From Pseudovirgaria hyperparasitica (taxonomy: Eukaryota), in assembly GCA_010093815.1 (NCBI GenBank), contig ML996573.1: a stretch of DNA of 64,000 nt; one strand, given 5' to 3'. A model generated the notes under the pieces. That model was not told the origin of the DNA, ran no database searches, and saw only the letters and a list, made by a program, of their open reading frames with translations. Numbering within the stretch: the stretch's first letter is position 1; each line of letters starts with the position of its first letter. Below are positions 12,333 through 25,540 of this stretch, in pieces. The translations under genes were made by a program, and so were the position numbers.

Positions 12333-15300
12333 TCAACGGTGGCGTCCAACATGTTTCTTTGCCTCCGTGTTGACTTCCTTCCGTCCTGGATGCTCAGGAT
12401 TTCTTTGTTGGTGCAAGATAGCCTGCTCGGCAGCGATACCAGCGGCCCAGATTTCCTCTGATCGCGCCGACTCGTCCTTGCTGCTTCCAAACATGCGTTG
12501 ATGGTGCGTATGCGGGATGATGTTTCGGTCCTCTTCTTGCATGATCAGCATGCGCTCGAGTCTGGGGATCCTGTTTGTTCCGTCACGGGTGGAGGGTGCT
12601 GTCTTGTCCGGGCTCTCCTCCCAGTCGCCTTCGTCCAATGAGACACCGTTTGCGACTACGGCGGAGTCGTCGACAAGCCCGTTGCGCTCGCAGAACGCCA
12701 TCCAGGCTTTCCAGCTGTCGTCTTCGCGGAGGATTTCTCGATTGCCCAGCACTATGAGACCGTGCTTCGCTCTGGTGAGTGCCACGTTCATTCGCTGGGG
12801 TTGATTCACCAGGCCCTTTGAGAAGCTGACGTCTTGATCCAAGAACCGCTTCTTGGACCGCGTGGTGCAGATTATCACGACTCGGCTTTCCAGGCCTTGG
12901 AATGCCTCTGTCGGTCCTATGTTTACACCCCACAACTGGTACGGGTTCTCTCGTATTGTCTTTCGGAGTAGTTTTACCTGCGCGCTGAAGGGGCTCATTA
13001 TGCATATATCTTCTTGTTCGACCAGCTTGGATTCTACGAGTTTCTGTGCATAGTTGCAAGCAAGTCGAGCCTCACCGAGATTGTACCATCCACCTCCATC
13101 TCTCTCGATTTCGTCTGCAAAAGTATTCGGGGCGAACAGGACTGGCCACTTGCGCCCTTTCCAGTGCTCCCAACTCATCAACTTCTCCGTGTCCTTGGCC
13201 TCAGGCTCAAGTGTATCGAACTTGAAAGTGTCAGCGAGTTATGAGAGTAGTGTATTCTCATCAAAAGTCTTACATAATATAACGAAGATGGGAGCGCAAG
13301 TATGGAAGGGTGAGACCGGTAATTTCTAATCAAATTCGCAAAAGGGGGTCTGGTGATTGGAAGGAGGTTCTGAGTCAAGATCGGGGCAGCAGATCGTGTA
13401 TTACAACGGGCTAGAGGATGATCTTGATACAATGAGCGACGGAATAGTCGGGCAAATAGACTGGTTCGAATCTCCTTATGGTGGGATGCTGTGCGCGGCC
13501 CTAGCTGATACTCATCTCCAGCCATAATGAACTGTGGCCGAAATTCCAGAGGCATAGTAGTGACTGGTGAAGCAACAACGGAGAGAGGCACCAACGTTTC
13601 AGGCTCAGTAGCCTGAGCAGCCTCATCTATGAGAAGCGCCGACCAATGTAGACGGATGCTCAATTTTTGGCTTTTATCTTGGTCAGGGTGAATGGCAGAA
13701 TTGATGTTCGATTGTAGATTGTACAGATCCCTATTAGTCACCTTGGCCGAACACAGAATCGAAGCATCGCGGCATGTCGTCACAATAATGCGAGTATTCA
13801 TGAGAACTTTGAAGCTTGGCAAACCGAAAGCATCGTCCAACGAGAAGCAATACATGAGGATATTGTTTGGGACTTCGGCAAAAGTACGCGCAGGAGAGTT
13901 CAAGCGGAGTAGCTTCTCGGGATTGAGATGGGGTGCCAGTCGTTGCAGAAGTATATCTGCAGCCGCATCGGAAGGAGCGCATACAAGTATTGACCCGCAG
14001 TAAGGGGCCTCGAGGAGTTGGAGAGCAGTCTCCACTAGAGTTTTAGTCTTTCCAGTCCCTATTCAAGTTGTGTAAGCTAGTAAAGATGCCCACCTACTTC
14101 GTAACTTACCTGGCGGGCCAGAGACCAGGTATGGCACATCGCCGTAGTCATTCCTGGCCATCGAATGTATTGCCCTAAGCTGCTCAAAATTAAGCGAACG
14201 ATCGTAAGTGCCTTGTTTGAAAGTGGGACAATTCAGTTCGGTCTGCTGCCTACCGTCCCCATCATCTGGAAACAGCATTGACTGTATCCATTGCCGTCGT
14301 GATGTTGACTGTCCATCGGTGCTCGACATAGTAGCTTGAGGCGATATAGGCGAAGACTGAGCAGATTTCTTATTGAGTCTTGCCGGTGGCTTTGTCGTAT
14401 TCAGGCCTGTAACTTGAGGATTATGATAACATAGAGGTGCCTTCAGATCTTCCTGGATTGACGGCAGTAATTCTGCTATCGAGTTGAAAAGTCTGTGCTG
14501 GACTGGGAATATGACGTTGAGTCTCAAATCTGGCGCAGATTCTACCACAAAGTTACTGACCTCCAGAATCAGAGTCTCTTGAGCGCGTAGGACTGTCTGT
14601 ACACGTGCGTTATGCTGATAGCCGGTAAATCCTGGAGCATATGAATTGAGAGCGCCAGGATGGCCCTGTTCGCGGCTCTTCAGCCAGCCCTCCATTCCAA
14701 GCGGCAGACCTGTTGCAGAATTCAGTCGCAACTGACGAACGTAGATCAAATCACCCGGAAATAGTAAGGGTTCATCTTCTCTCAGACCAGGTACTACGAC
14801 GTGTATCATACTTTGAGCCCCCGTTGGCCCTCCTGTCCAGGTCGCTGTTGCAGGATGCGCGTAGAGGTTCTTGGCATTGCACTGTTTTTGAAGTGCATAA
14901 AGCTCTTCCTGGAGGTAGTGCTTGAAATACATCTCATAGTTTTGCATGGAGACAGCTGGCGGTTTTGTGGAATACTGAGTGTCATCATAAAGATTTGTGG
15001 TAGGCGGGGTTGGCGGTAAGAAGGCACTTGCTGTGAAGCTATCAATGTAGAGTCGAAAGTTGATCTGTTTGTATTCTGGCACATCTATAACAACGGCCGG
15101 TACTGAGTTGATGATTTTGAGAGTGTTAGGGACGAATGAATGGGCGTATATGTCGTAGCCCCAGTCTACATCTCCCTCGTTGTGAATTTCTTGTTGTTTA
15201 TTGGAACTCGAGACTTCCCTGTCAGGTACAGCTGTTGATGAGGCGCTGGCGGATATGATAGCATCAATTTCGCCCTGTACAGTACTGGGCTTTGGAAGAG

Positions 15301-15385
15301 GTGTAAAGGTTTGCTCAACATTGTTTGGGGTTATGATCGGAATGGCTTTAGATCGTTTGACTTTGTGACCGCTTGTGGTGGCCAT
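12333..15385 (-). CDS. SF1 (UPF1-like) RNA helicase of the SDE3/MOV10 type; exons 15385-14110, 14058-13274, 13220-12333
   Basis: Walker A GPPG|TGKT rebuilt across intron 14059-14109. LVCAPSDAAAD, IDEAAQATEPE, AGDEYQLGP, LIRNYRSHPSIL, AFQGLESR, RMNVALTRAK; N-terminal VPGLREDEP..GD as in SDE3/MOV10. Confidence 0.88.
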
Positions 15386-15921
15386 GAAGAGTGCCAGGTC
15401 CAAGTTCAACGCACTGTAGATTATAATATGTGTAGCAGCGACCCAATAGAGAGGGAAAGGAGTGAAAAATAGTATAGTGATGGAGAAGTGAAACGTGATG
15501 ATGCTATGTGATTTTGACGCCTCGCGCTTTGTTTGTTACCGCTTAGTCGTACGCGATCCATTATTTAGGCCTTGTAAGCCAGGCATCAAGATCCGATACT
15601 CACCGACTTACAACATCCTCTTTGTGGGAATCCCCGCGAAACATAATTAGTAGGGATCCCACATCCAGATCTTATTTCCACCATGTTTCCACCGTGTACG
15701 AGGCAGCATATACCAGTCAGTACCTGGATCTCTTACTGACGATGCCACAGGCCTAAGCAACGGTTCGGAATTTATGATCTCGCTTCAAGGATACATGTTG
15801 CTGCCTTGCGGTGGCGTCAAGGTCAAGGCGCAAATATAGCCGCCTAAAGCACCACCTACTCGGTAGGCATCAACCTGGAATGACACCTACACGGTGACCG
15901 TCCTTCAACTCGATCCGTTTG

Positions 15922-16818
15922 ATGGGTAATATGACTGTCTTTAAAGCTCGAGAGGCAACGGCCTTGGAAATACTTCCACTTGAGATATTGCAGGATATCT
16001 TCCTTAGGACACACAACATCGATTTCGCGTTATGCTCGCCAAGAATCGGAGCACGGCTATCGAGTAGCTACTGCTACCATTTAGTCTGCTACAAATACTT
16101 CTACGAATCGCTTTCAGACTATGCTTCGAGGCGTTTCTATGCATGGGAAAAGATTGACATCTCACGGGTGCGAGATTTGCAAGGCCGACTCATGAACATG
16201 CGATGGATGACACCAACTTTCTTCAAAGGTTTCCTTGACTACATGGAGACGATATCGACAAGTCACTTGCACACCGTCAAATGCTGCTTAGTCCATCTCC
16301 GTATCCCTGTCAAATTCCTTCGTGGCTCTTTGAACATGGACAGAATCGATTTTTTACAATTCCTATTAGATGAGACCCCATTACGTCTGGACTGGAACTG
16401 CACAGAAACCCGGCTCGCACTATCTTCTGCTAAAAAGAACGCCATTCTTCAGAGTAATACTGCAGCTGTCATGCTGTTCGTCCACGAGAGGCGCCTAGGA
16501 AAACCCCCTGATATAGACCTCATTCGATTCGCCGTGTTGACTGCCGGTTGCGATCGCACTGTTGTCTTCATGCTTATGCAAGCTGCTCGGAGATGGGGAT
16601 TGCGGGTATGGCAGGACGAGGCAATTGATGAATGGGTCAGGCAAGCAAAGATCGATTGTAATCCGAAAGGGGCCTGGTTAGAGCTAAAATTGCTGGAATT
16701 GAGAGGCCCGGGTGGGTTTCCGGACCCGCATACGGGGAGTTACAGCCTCCCGGGAGACGAGCTGTTTATACCAGACACTGATATAGGTGCGTCGCCGCAT
16801 GTATACACGACTATGTAA
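15922..16818 (+). CDS. Hypothetical protein with F-box-like N-terminal motif
   Basis: About 298-aa intronless ORF. LEILPLEILQDIF resembles an F-box start; the rest is unrecognised. Confidence 0.65.
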   Translation: MGNMTVFKAREATALEILPLEILQDIFLRTHNIDFALCSPRIGARLSSSYCYHLVCYKYFYESLSDYASRRFYAWEKIDISRVRDLQGRLMNMRWMTPTFFKGFLDYMETISTSHLHTVKCCLVHLRIPVKFLRGSLNMDRIDFLQFLLDETPLRLDWNCTETRLALSSAKKNAILQSNTAAVMLFVHERRLGKPPDIDLIRFAVLTAGCDRTVVFMLMQAARRWGLRVWQDEAIDEWVRQAKIDCNPKGAWLELKLLELRGPGGFPDPHTGSYSLPGDELFIPDTDIGASPHVYTTM

Positions 16819-17441
16819 TGGAAAGACAAGACTGACTGCAATAGTTCTGAAGTCGAAGACAAATCGATTTGCGTACAGCGAAGCAGCGTCCTGAACCATG
16901 CTGATCAGAGACGACCCAAGTGGGAAAGGTCACTACGGACATCAATTTGATCGAAATGTTTATCACTCGTGAGGAAAAACAATTTTAGCATACATCGTGG
17001 AACTGCCGAGTGTTACTAGATACTCGAATGATATGATTTAGGCCTCGACCAGCTCGTGAACCTCTTCATGAAGAGTAATACATGCCTATCATAATACATT
17101 ACAGAGGCCTCTTATGTTTTGCTTCTAGGTCGCCCTTCAACGTTAGGATTACGCGTTACATGGAAAGTTGGGAGACGAAATCGAAACGAGATAGGACACT
17201 GGACTGACATTCCTGCCGATACCTCCTAGTCCAATTCTTCTTCGAAGAGATCAACTGGCGTACAAGTGATGGGTCTCGAACGCAAACTCGCTACGTCGGA
17301 CGGCATTTATCTTTTGCGCTGGATCCTCGTCAATGTCCATGTAGCTACCGCAGCACGTGTTGATTACACATTTACCGCAGTTTATAGAGCATTATCGCAT
17401 TAGCATTATCACATCCTCATAAGCTTGATAATCAAGCAGAC

Positions 17442-18197
17442 TCAGTCTCTGGGACTTTCGAAGTCACAAGACTCCGATAGTAGCCGTGCAAGCGCCTCGA
17501 GATGTTCCTGATCCTCTCTATCAAAACCATTCAATTCTGCACAATCAATGTCAATAATAGCGACGACCTGAGCATAACGTCAGCGTGATTTTCTGACATT
17601 GGTCCAACGCTGGTCTCGTTACCTTCCCTTGCTGTATGATTGGTACTACAATTTCGCTCTTTGTGTTGCCATCACAAGCTATATGACCAGGAAACTTCTC
17701 CACATCAGGGACCAGCTGAGTCTCTTTCGCTGCTGCTGCTGTCCCACAGACACCTCTACCAAACGAAATGACTTGACAAGCAACTTGTCCCTGGAAAGGA
17801 CCAAGAATCAACTGGTTATGGTTCTTTGGATCCAGAACATAGAAGCCACACCAATTGCTAGCACTGGAAGGCCTCGGTAATGACAGAAGCCCATGATAGA
17901 GAAGTGATGAGGCATTGGAGAGATTACTGGTGTGCTTGTCAGGGGAGATTTACAAGAAGACGCGACGTTGATGAGACAGCGACGTACCAGACCTAGATAG
18001 AATTAACATTGACGATAGTACATAATAGAATATACACACCCAATTTCGTTGACCTTCGAACAGAGCTTTCCCTTGCTCCAGTACTTGAGCATATACTTCA
18101 GATTTCACCAAACCAGCCGCAAACGAGGAGGCATCTGCATGGACCTTTCCAGATTTAGAGAGCGACCTCAGTGGTACGATATACATTAATTTACCAT
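17442..18197 (-). CDS. GAF-domain free methionine-R-sulfoxide reductase (fRMsr, yeast YKL069W-like); exons 18197-18195, 18144-18040, 17992-17988, 17926-17623, 17567-17442
   Basis: QRNW|VC|NLSNASSLL, NWCGFY, LGPFQGQVACQ, GRGVCGTAA, GHIACDGNTKSEIVVP, IIDIDC. Four canonical introns. Confidence 0.92.
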
Positions 18198-18494
18198 GTT
18201 GTCTGGAGATCTAGCACTATATAAAGCCGTGTATGTTTTGACGATTGATCGATTGATTGGATGGATGCGTTTCTGGGCCCGGGACCAGACCAATAAAATC
18301 GCAAGAAGATTAGATATCTCGAAAATCTCTCAAGTTAATGTGACGAAAGCTACGAAACCTAGATCTTAAAAGAGAAACTATGTACAGCAGTAATCCATAT
18401 GTGAAAAGAGAGATTCCCCACGAAAGCCCATTATGGCGACATGGGCTGGGTTCCCGCGCTATCCTTTAAGCGTGCTAGACCAGTGTACTCCACA

Positions 18495-18500
18495 ACGCGT
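18495..18500. promoter_or_regulatory. MCB element (ACGCGT) upstream of SMC3
   Basis: Exact ACGCGT about 230 bp before the SMC3 ATG, with further CGCG cores at about 18523-18531. Cohesin genes are classical MBF (G1/S) targets. Confidence 0.45.
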
Positions 18501-18728
18501 CAATGAATATCACTTTTAGGGTCGCGGCGCGTTCTGCAATAGCAAGCACATCGCGATCACGAACCTCGCTGCAATCCTACCGTCTCCTATCTACGCCCTC
18601 GATCGCTCCACTGCCGCCGAAACCAACCCATAGCCTGACGCAACGATTGTTGCTCGATCTTCTTGAGTGTATACATTGGAACGAAGTCAGCCGCCTAGCG
18701 GGGGCGCGCTGTTCCCATAGCCGGCAAT

Positions 18729-21700
18729 ATGTTTATCAAGCAGATCATCATTCAGGGTTTTAAGAGGTAAGCATTGTAGTCGCATACTACAGGCGATGCT
18801 GACAGACCCAGTTACAAGGAACAGACCGAGATCGCACCCTTCTCTTCACAGAGTAACGTTATAATTGGCAAGAATGGCTCCGGCAAGAGTAATTTCTTCT
18901 CGGCAGTTCGTTTTGTGCTGGGCGATGATAAGACCCAACTGAGTCGCGAGGAAAAGACTGCGCTTATGCATGAAGGTTCCGGGCAGAATGTGTGGTCTGC
19001 ATATGTCGAAGTCATCTTCGACAACAGCGACGATCGATTCCCAACCGGAAAACCAGAGGCCATCATTCGTCGCTCGCTTGGCTTAAAAAAGGATGAATAT
19101 TCCATTGATCGCAAGAACTCTACAAAAGCTGAAGTCATGAGCCTTTTCGAGTCTGCTGGCTTTTCTCGATCGAATCCGTACTATATCGTTCCGCAAGGTC
19201 GCATCACTCAACTCACAAACATGAAGGATGACATGCGTCTCAGCAAGTTGAAGGAAGTCGCGGGCACCCAAGTTTACGAAAATCGCCGACAAGAGAGCTT
19301 GAAAATTCTCAAGGAAACGGAGAACAAGCAGGGTCAGATCGATGCACTCCTCGCCACCATCCGCGAGCGGCTGGAAGAGCTTGAGCAGGAGAAAGCAGAA
19401 CTGACTGAGTACCAACAGCTTGAAAGGCAACGACGGATACTCGATTATACCTTTCACTCTCGTAATTACAAACGATTTTCAGAGAAGCTTGAAAATTTCG
19501 AAGAGAGAAGGTCTATCAAGGCCGCTGAACAGGAAGAACGAGTTCAACAATTGGATCAGATCAAAGAGGAGCTCGATCACGCCCAGAGGAATATTCAATT
19601 GGATTTGCAAAACATCAATACGCTCAACGACGAGAAACGCCAATATGAGAATGACTACTCAAAAGTTAAATCGGAGCAGACACGAGCGCGACTTGATCGG
19701 GACAGCCTAAAAGGTGAGCAGTCTGAATCCGACATAGCTCATCAAGAAAGGGCACGAAAGCTGCAATCTCTCACCTCGAGCATCGCTGCGTCCGAGAAAG
19801 AGCTTAGGAGAATCCTTCCGGAGTACACCAAAGTCAAGGATCAGGAGGTCGATGTGAAGACTCAGCTTGAACTGGAGCAGAGCACACAACGAAGGCTGCG
19901 TGGAAAGCAGCAGTACACTAGCAAACAAACCCGAGACGCAGCTCTAACGAAGCAGATCAACAGCATTCAAGGCGATCTGGGTAACCGTAAGGCTACCGCC
20001 ATGGAAAACCGCGACCGCATTGCCTCGTTAGAAAACTTGATATCGTCCTTAAAAAGCGATATCGAACAAATAAATGCAAACTTAGCCAAAGGGCAACAAG
20101 ACGCTCAAAAATACCCCGAGCGAATCGCTCAACTCGATCAGGAGTTGTCTAGCCTAGAGGATGAAAGGAGGTAAGTGTAGCATGTGACATGGTCCGAAAA
20201 ATGCTAATAGCGCCATCAGATTACTTCTGAGAGAGGAGCACCAGCTTCATAACCAGATCAAGACGTCCGAACATGATTATCAAATCGCCCGGGAGAAGAT
20301 GCTGCGACTTGCAGACAGGAACGTAATCAATGGTATTCTTGCTGTTAGAGCTATGAAGGCTCAAGGAGAAATAGACGGGATTTATGGTGTGCTCGGGGAA
20401 TTGATCACAGTAAAACAGCATTACGAAGTCCCTGTAGAAGTCATTGGTGGACAGCAGCAACTCAGCATTGTCGTAGATACGGATGAGACTGGACAGAAGA
20501 TCATCCAAAAGTTGGCACAAAGCAAAGCAGGCAGAGTGACTCTAATCCCTCTGAATCAAATGCGCGACAAGGATATCAATCTCACAAGAACTGCCGACGC
20601 CATGCCCGTGATGGCCCGACTAGAATATGATCCGGCGATTGAGCGCGCTGTACAGCATGTCTTTGGCAAGGCCGTCATATGCCCGGACTACCAGTCAGCA
20701 GCGGATCATGCAGCTAAAAATGGTGTCACTGCAGTCACTATGTCTGGGGCACGATCAGATCCCCAGGGAGGTTTGACTGGTGGATTTGTTGATTCGAAGA
20801 GAGCTCGCATTGGGGTTCTCCGCGAAGAGTTAGAGAAACGGGAAGCTCTTAATGTGCTCATAGGAACAGAGAGAGAACTTAGAGAGAGAAAAGAAACTTT
20901 GTCTCAACGCATAACACAGAAAAGAGGCGAGCAGACGAAGGTCTCGCTTGATCAAACGAGAGCTGAGCGTGGAGATCGGGCCTTGAGGCAAGAACTACAC
21001 GCAAAATTGCAACAATTACCTCAGCGTGTTATTGAGTTGGATGCGAAGAAGGCCAGACAAGAAGAGGATGATGGCGATTACAACCGACTAGATGACGAGC
21101 TCACCAACATTCAGACGGAACTTGCGAGTCCCTTCCAGCCGAAGCTGTCGAAAGAAGAAAGCCGACAGCTTGAACTCCTCAATACGAGCATACCGAAGTT
21201 ACAAAAGCAGTATACTGACATGAACACACGCCGAAATGACCTCGAAATTACGAAGACGAACCTCGAATACGAACTCAACAACAATCTCAGGCCACAGATG
21301 ACTGAGCTGGAAGCAGACAATTCAGGCTCTCCCAATAGCGCATTTGGAACTCAATCAAAGCTGGCTGAAGCCGAGCGTCGCCTTGTCAAGGCAACTGCTG
21401 ATGTGCGGTTAACAAAAGCTCAGATTGAAGAATGCAACAATCAGCTTAACGCTGCTAATAAAAAATTGCAAGAAGATCAACAGGCCCACGCCGAGAAGGA
21501 GCAAGAGCAGGGCGCCCTCAAAGAAGATATTGACAAGTACATTAGACGCTTAGCCAACATTCATAGTGAACGCGCACAGCAGGAGCTCCTGAAGAAGGGA
21601 TCTAAGCAAAAACTTGACGAACTTGGGTCTATACCAACATTGTCCGCCAAAGAGCAAAAATACAAAGGTTGGAATGATAAAACGGTAGGTTTTCTCCCCC

Positions 21701-22506
21701 TAACTTTGTCATCATTGAAACGGAGCTGAATTCCGTCATAGCTCGATGAGGAAACGAGAAAAGTCAAGAAGAAACTCAAGAACTACACGCATGTCAACAA
21801 AAAGGCGGTGGAGCAATACAACAACTTTACTGCGCAACGTGACAAGTTGACTGCCCGTTACCAAGAGCTAGAATCATCATATGGGTCCATCCAAAGTCTT
21901 ATCGAGCATCTCGACCATCGGAAAGATGAGGCACTGCAGCGAACGTTCAAACAAGTCTCGAAAGAATTTGCGTGGGTCTTTAAGCAATTGGTACCGGCAG
22001 GTCAGGGACGACTCATTATCCAACGACGGACAGACCAACAGCTCCGTCGTGCCGAAGAAGATGGCGAGGGCGAGCGCACTGGCAGCTCCGGCGTGGAGAG
22101 CTACACGGGAGTCGGTATTAGCGTCAGCTTCAATAGCGAGCACGACGAGCAACAAAAGGTCCAACAGCTTAGTGGTGGCCAGAAGAGTCTATGCGCCCTA
22201 GCATTGGTATTTGCCATCCAGCGCTGTGACCCAGCGCCGTTCTACATCTTTGATGAGATTGATGCTAATCTGGATGCCCAATACCGTACTGCAGTGGCGA
22301 AGATGATCAAGACGCTGTCAGAGCCGAACGAAGATGGCACGGGTGGTGGTCAGTTCATTTGTACCACTTTCTCGCGAGAACTGATTGTGGACGCGGACAA
22401 GTGTTATCTCGTTACGTTCTCAAATAAGACGAGCTCTGTCGATGTGGTCGACAAGGAGCTTGCGCTGCAATTCGTTGAAGAGCAGCAAAAGAAGATCGGG
22501 CAGTAA
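18729..22506 (+). CDS. SMC3: Cohesin subunit SMC3 (SudA/Psm3); exons 18729-18766, 18812-20170, 20220-21684, 21742-22506
   Basis: MFIKQIIIQGFKSYK, GKNGSGKSNFF, GLKKDEY (Eco1-acetylated KK site), NPYYIVPQGRI, hinge and coiled coils, LSGGQKSLCALAL, PFYIFDEIDANLD. Confidence 0.96.
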
Positions 22507-23474
22507 AAGGGTTTGTTTGATTTCAACGGTACTGCAGGCGCGCGTTCATGGGGCATGTCATTTTCAGCGGTTGTCCCAGATGCATCATTAGACCGCACAG
22601 CTTGTGTATCTAGGTGCATTGGGATATGACAGGAACATTGTGGCGTTGTTGTCTCTGCGGCCTCCTATTTCCAGCTACATATGTCGAAAGAGGCCAATGT
22701 ATGAGTATGATGCTAGATACCAAGTGATGATTTCTCAGGGCAGAAATATGGCTTTATGGACGATCAGATACGTTTCAAAGTCCTACTTACAGAGTTCCTC
22801 TTATGTCTGAGCCGCAGACTCTTGCTCTTCTGATGTGGCAGAATCAGTGATTTCCCGGATTGTTGGGCATATTTTGCACGGTCATTGAGGGTGACCACGG
22901 AGGAGAGGGAGTCGCTGTTATGATCGTGATAACTTGCCTAACATTAACCGGTCGTTGTCTTCTTGCTGTTCAGATTACTGATCTACGATTCCAGTACATC
23001 CAGCAACAGAAGTGGTCCCAAAAGAAGTTTAATCATCGCACAAGAGGCAGCAAGAAACAAGAGCGGTGGCTATAGACGACCAAGCGATGCTTCAAGAGGT
23101 AGCAACAATGTTAGAACACCCATGCTGTGCGCCTCCATGACTTCTTTGCTATTAAATGGTCCGTTGATTTACTGCTATTCGGTCAATACAACATCCTTGT
23201 CATTTACTAGGTTTATCTCGCTAAGCATCTTCCCCTGAGGCCCCTTTTCTTGTATGGACATGGCTTTTTGTTCTGAGACTTGCAGTGTGCGTAGAACAGC
23301 AGCGTCTCTTTTCGACACATAGGATGTTTTCGAATGATGATGATTTGGAAACTCAATTAATATACTATGTAATTTCCTTGCTAGGTTTGAGGTGCTGGTA
23401 TCGTTCCAACCCAAGGTAGATTAGCATTAAGATATGAGATTGATGGAGCCGCATATCCTAGTTCCAGACGAAGC

Positions 23475-25310
23475 TCATTTCTCGACAGAAACCTCAACAG
23501 CACCATCCTCAAGCTCGACAACCCTCCTCCTCAACGTTGTCTTCTGCGTACTCGCCTTGCGCGGGTTCGGCGCTTCAAAGATCTCATCCAGTTCCTCCAA
23601 GGTGCGATCCTTAGTCTCCACGAAGAAGAAATAGATGAATGCAAATTCGAACACGTCCCAGAACACGAAGAAGATGTAGAACCAATACCGGATGTTCTTC
23701 AGCGCGATCGGCGCTGCAAAGGTGTTCACGAACCCGGCACAACCAGCCGTGATCTGGAATACACCCATTCCCTTGGCGCGCATCTCGTTGCTGAGCACCT
23801 CACCCGGGTAGATGGGTTGCATACTGGTGAAGGCAAGTGCGAATACGGCGCCGAAGATGTAGATGAAAGCGATGCTGGCGCTCGATGCGGCCTTGTTGGT
23901 GGGGTCTTTCTCGTAGCCTGCAGCGGTGCCGGCGGCAATGGCGAGTGCGACGGCCATGCCCATGGTCACGCCGAGTAGCATCTTGCGACGACCAACGACG
24001 TCGTGTAGGCGGGCGCCGATCATGGCGGGGATCCAACCGGTGATGGCGTAGATGATGTTGAGCAGAAGCTGGGTGTTTGTGTTTGTGATTCCGACGGAGC
24101 GGACGAGGGTAGGAAGGTAGTAAGACACAACGCTATAACAGTCAGTTCTATAAACCCAGAAGCTGTGTATTGGAGAAAGGGGTGGCGTACTTGTTTCCGC
24201 TGAATTGTCCGAACCAGCTGAAGGCAATGCACAGCATGAGTCTGTATCTACGCGATGGAGACTTGATGAGCACGCGCAGGTCGAAGAAGGTACGCCATGT
24301 GAGCATCTCTTCAGATTGCATATTCTCTGTCATTTCGTGCATTTCAAGGGCGACAAGTGGGTGTGAGGCGTCGCCGTTGGCGTGGAGTTCTGTGAGAAGG
24401 GCACGAGCTTCTTCTGCGCGGTCTTTGGCGACAAGCCTAGATTTTGTCAGTCTTGATCAATATGAGAATAGGGGTAGTGAGACGCACCATCTGGGTGACT
24501 CTGGACAGAACCAGATGCCGAGACACACGATTCCTGGGCAGAGCATCTGTAGCCATAGTGGTAGGCGCCAATTGAGGTTTCCACTGTTTGATAGATTGAT
24601 ATTTGCGCCATAGACAGTGCAAGTTGCAATGATAGAACCCTGTCAAATTCAGCAAAGTACCTATGTAAGTAACTTGTAGGGATCTCACCAGATAGTACAG
24701 TGTGTTGTACATGCCAGCTACAGTCCCACGATACTGTGGCGGTGCAATCTCAATCAAATACAATGGTGCCGCAGTAGTAGCGAACGTTGAGAAGAAACTC
24801 AGCAGGAACCTTCCTCCGATAAAGGCTGGCAACGTTGGTGCGACGGAAGTGATGATCGTGCCGACGCACACACCAAGACAGCCGATGAAAATGGGCAATC
24901 GCCGACCTTGCCAATCCGCGAGCCAGACGAAGAGTGCACCGGTCATCTGTCCGATATTGAAGATGGCAAATACAAGGCCTGTGCCGGAGTTGCCTTCGGG
25001 TGGTAGATTGTAGTAAGATGTGTAATTCGGAATTGCATTTATGGAGCCCATCAGAGAGCCATCGTAACCTGCCCATTCGTTAGTGGAGTGTATAGAAATT
25101 GTGTAGGAGTTCACTCTTACCATTCATTGTTGAACAGAGATAGACTAATAGACAGCAGAAGTATAGACGCATGTAGCCCTTGCCTCGTGGGTTTGGCTTG
25201 TTCTCCTGCATCACCGCCGCAAGATTCGAGTCTAGAACATTGACAGTCTTCTCCTCGAGCACCTGCTCGACGTGTTTGTCGTGTACGGTCGCCATCTTGT
25301 CAAACTCCAT
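23475..25310 (-). CDS. MFS sugar porter, lactose/cellodextrin permease-like; exons 25310-25121, 25068-24689, 24639-24488, 24436-24191, 24132-23475
   Basis: STMNG|YDGSLMGSIN, ADWQGRR, EIAPPQYRG, WRLPLWLQ, PESPRW, GQFSGNN, VGRR, YPGEVLSNEMRAKG, VETKDRTLEELD. Four canonical introns. Confidence 0.93.
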
Positions 25311-25492
25311 CGTACAATAGTCGTTCTGTTGATCGTGTATCTCAAAGTCTGATGCCGATCATCAAATGCTACGATGAAGAAGCATTAAATATCGACAAAC
25401 GAGTCAAGAAGCGATATACTAGTCCGAATCAGTCACGGGGTTTTAGCAGAGTCTACAAGAATCCAGAGCGCTCCTCTGCCACGAGGCGTTCG

Positions 25493-25540
25493 GTGGAGAT
25501 ATTTATTTTGCGGAGAGCAAAATGCGGAGACAGACTGGGG
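25493..25540. promoter_or_regulatory. Cluster of four CreA/Cre1 (SYGGRG) carbon-catabolite-repression sites
   Basis: GTGGAG 25493, GCGGAG 25510, GCGGAG 25524 and CTGGGG 25535 lie within 48 bp, about 200 bp upstream of the transporter ATG. Confidence 0.5.

Noticed and set aside
13463..13475. GGTTCGAATC tRNA T-loop-like motif
   Set aside because: Lies inside the helicase coding exon with no cloverleaf around it.
18503..18763. 86-aa ORF overlapping the SMC3 start as a regulatory uORF
   Set aside because: Its ATG abuts the MCB element and is probably upstream of the transcription start; no supporting evidence.
22800..23420. Short ORF fragments between SMC3 and the transporter
   Set aside because: Multiple stops in all frames and no recognisable motif or splice model.
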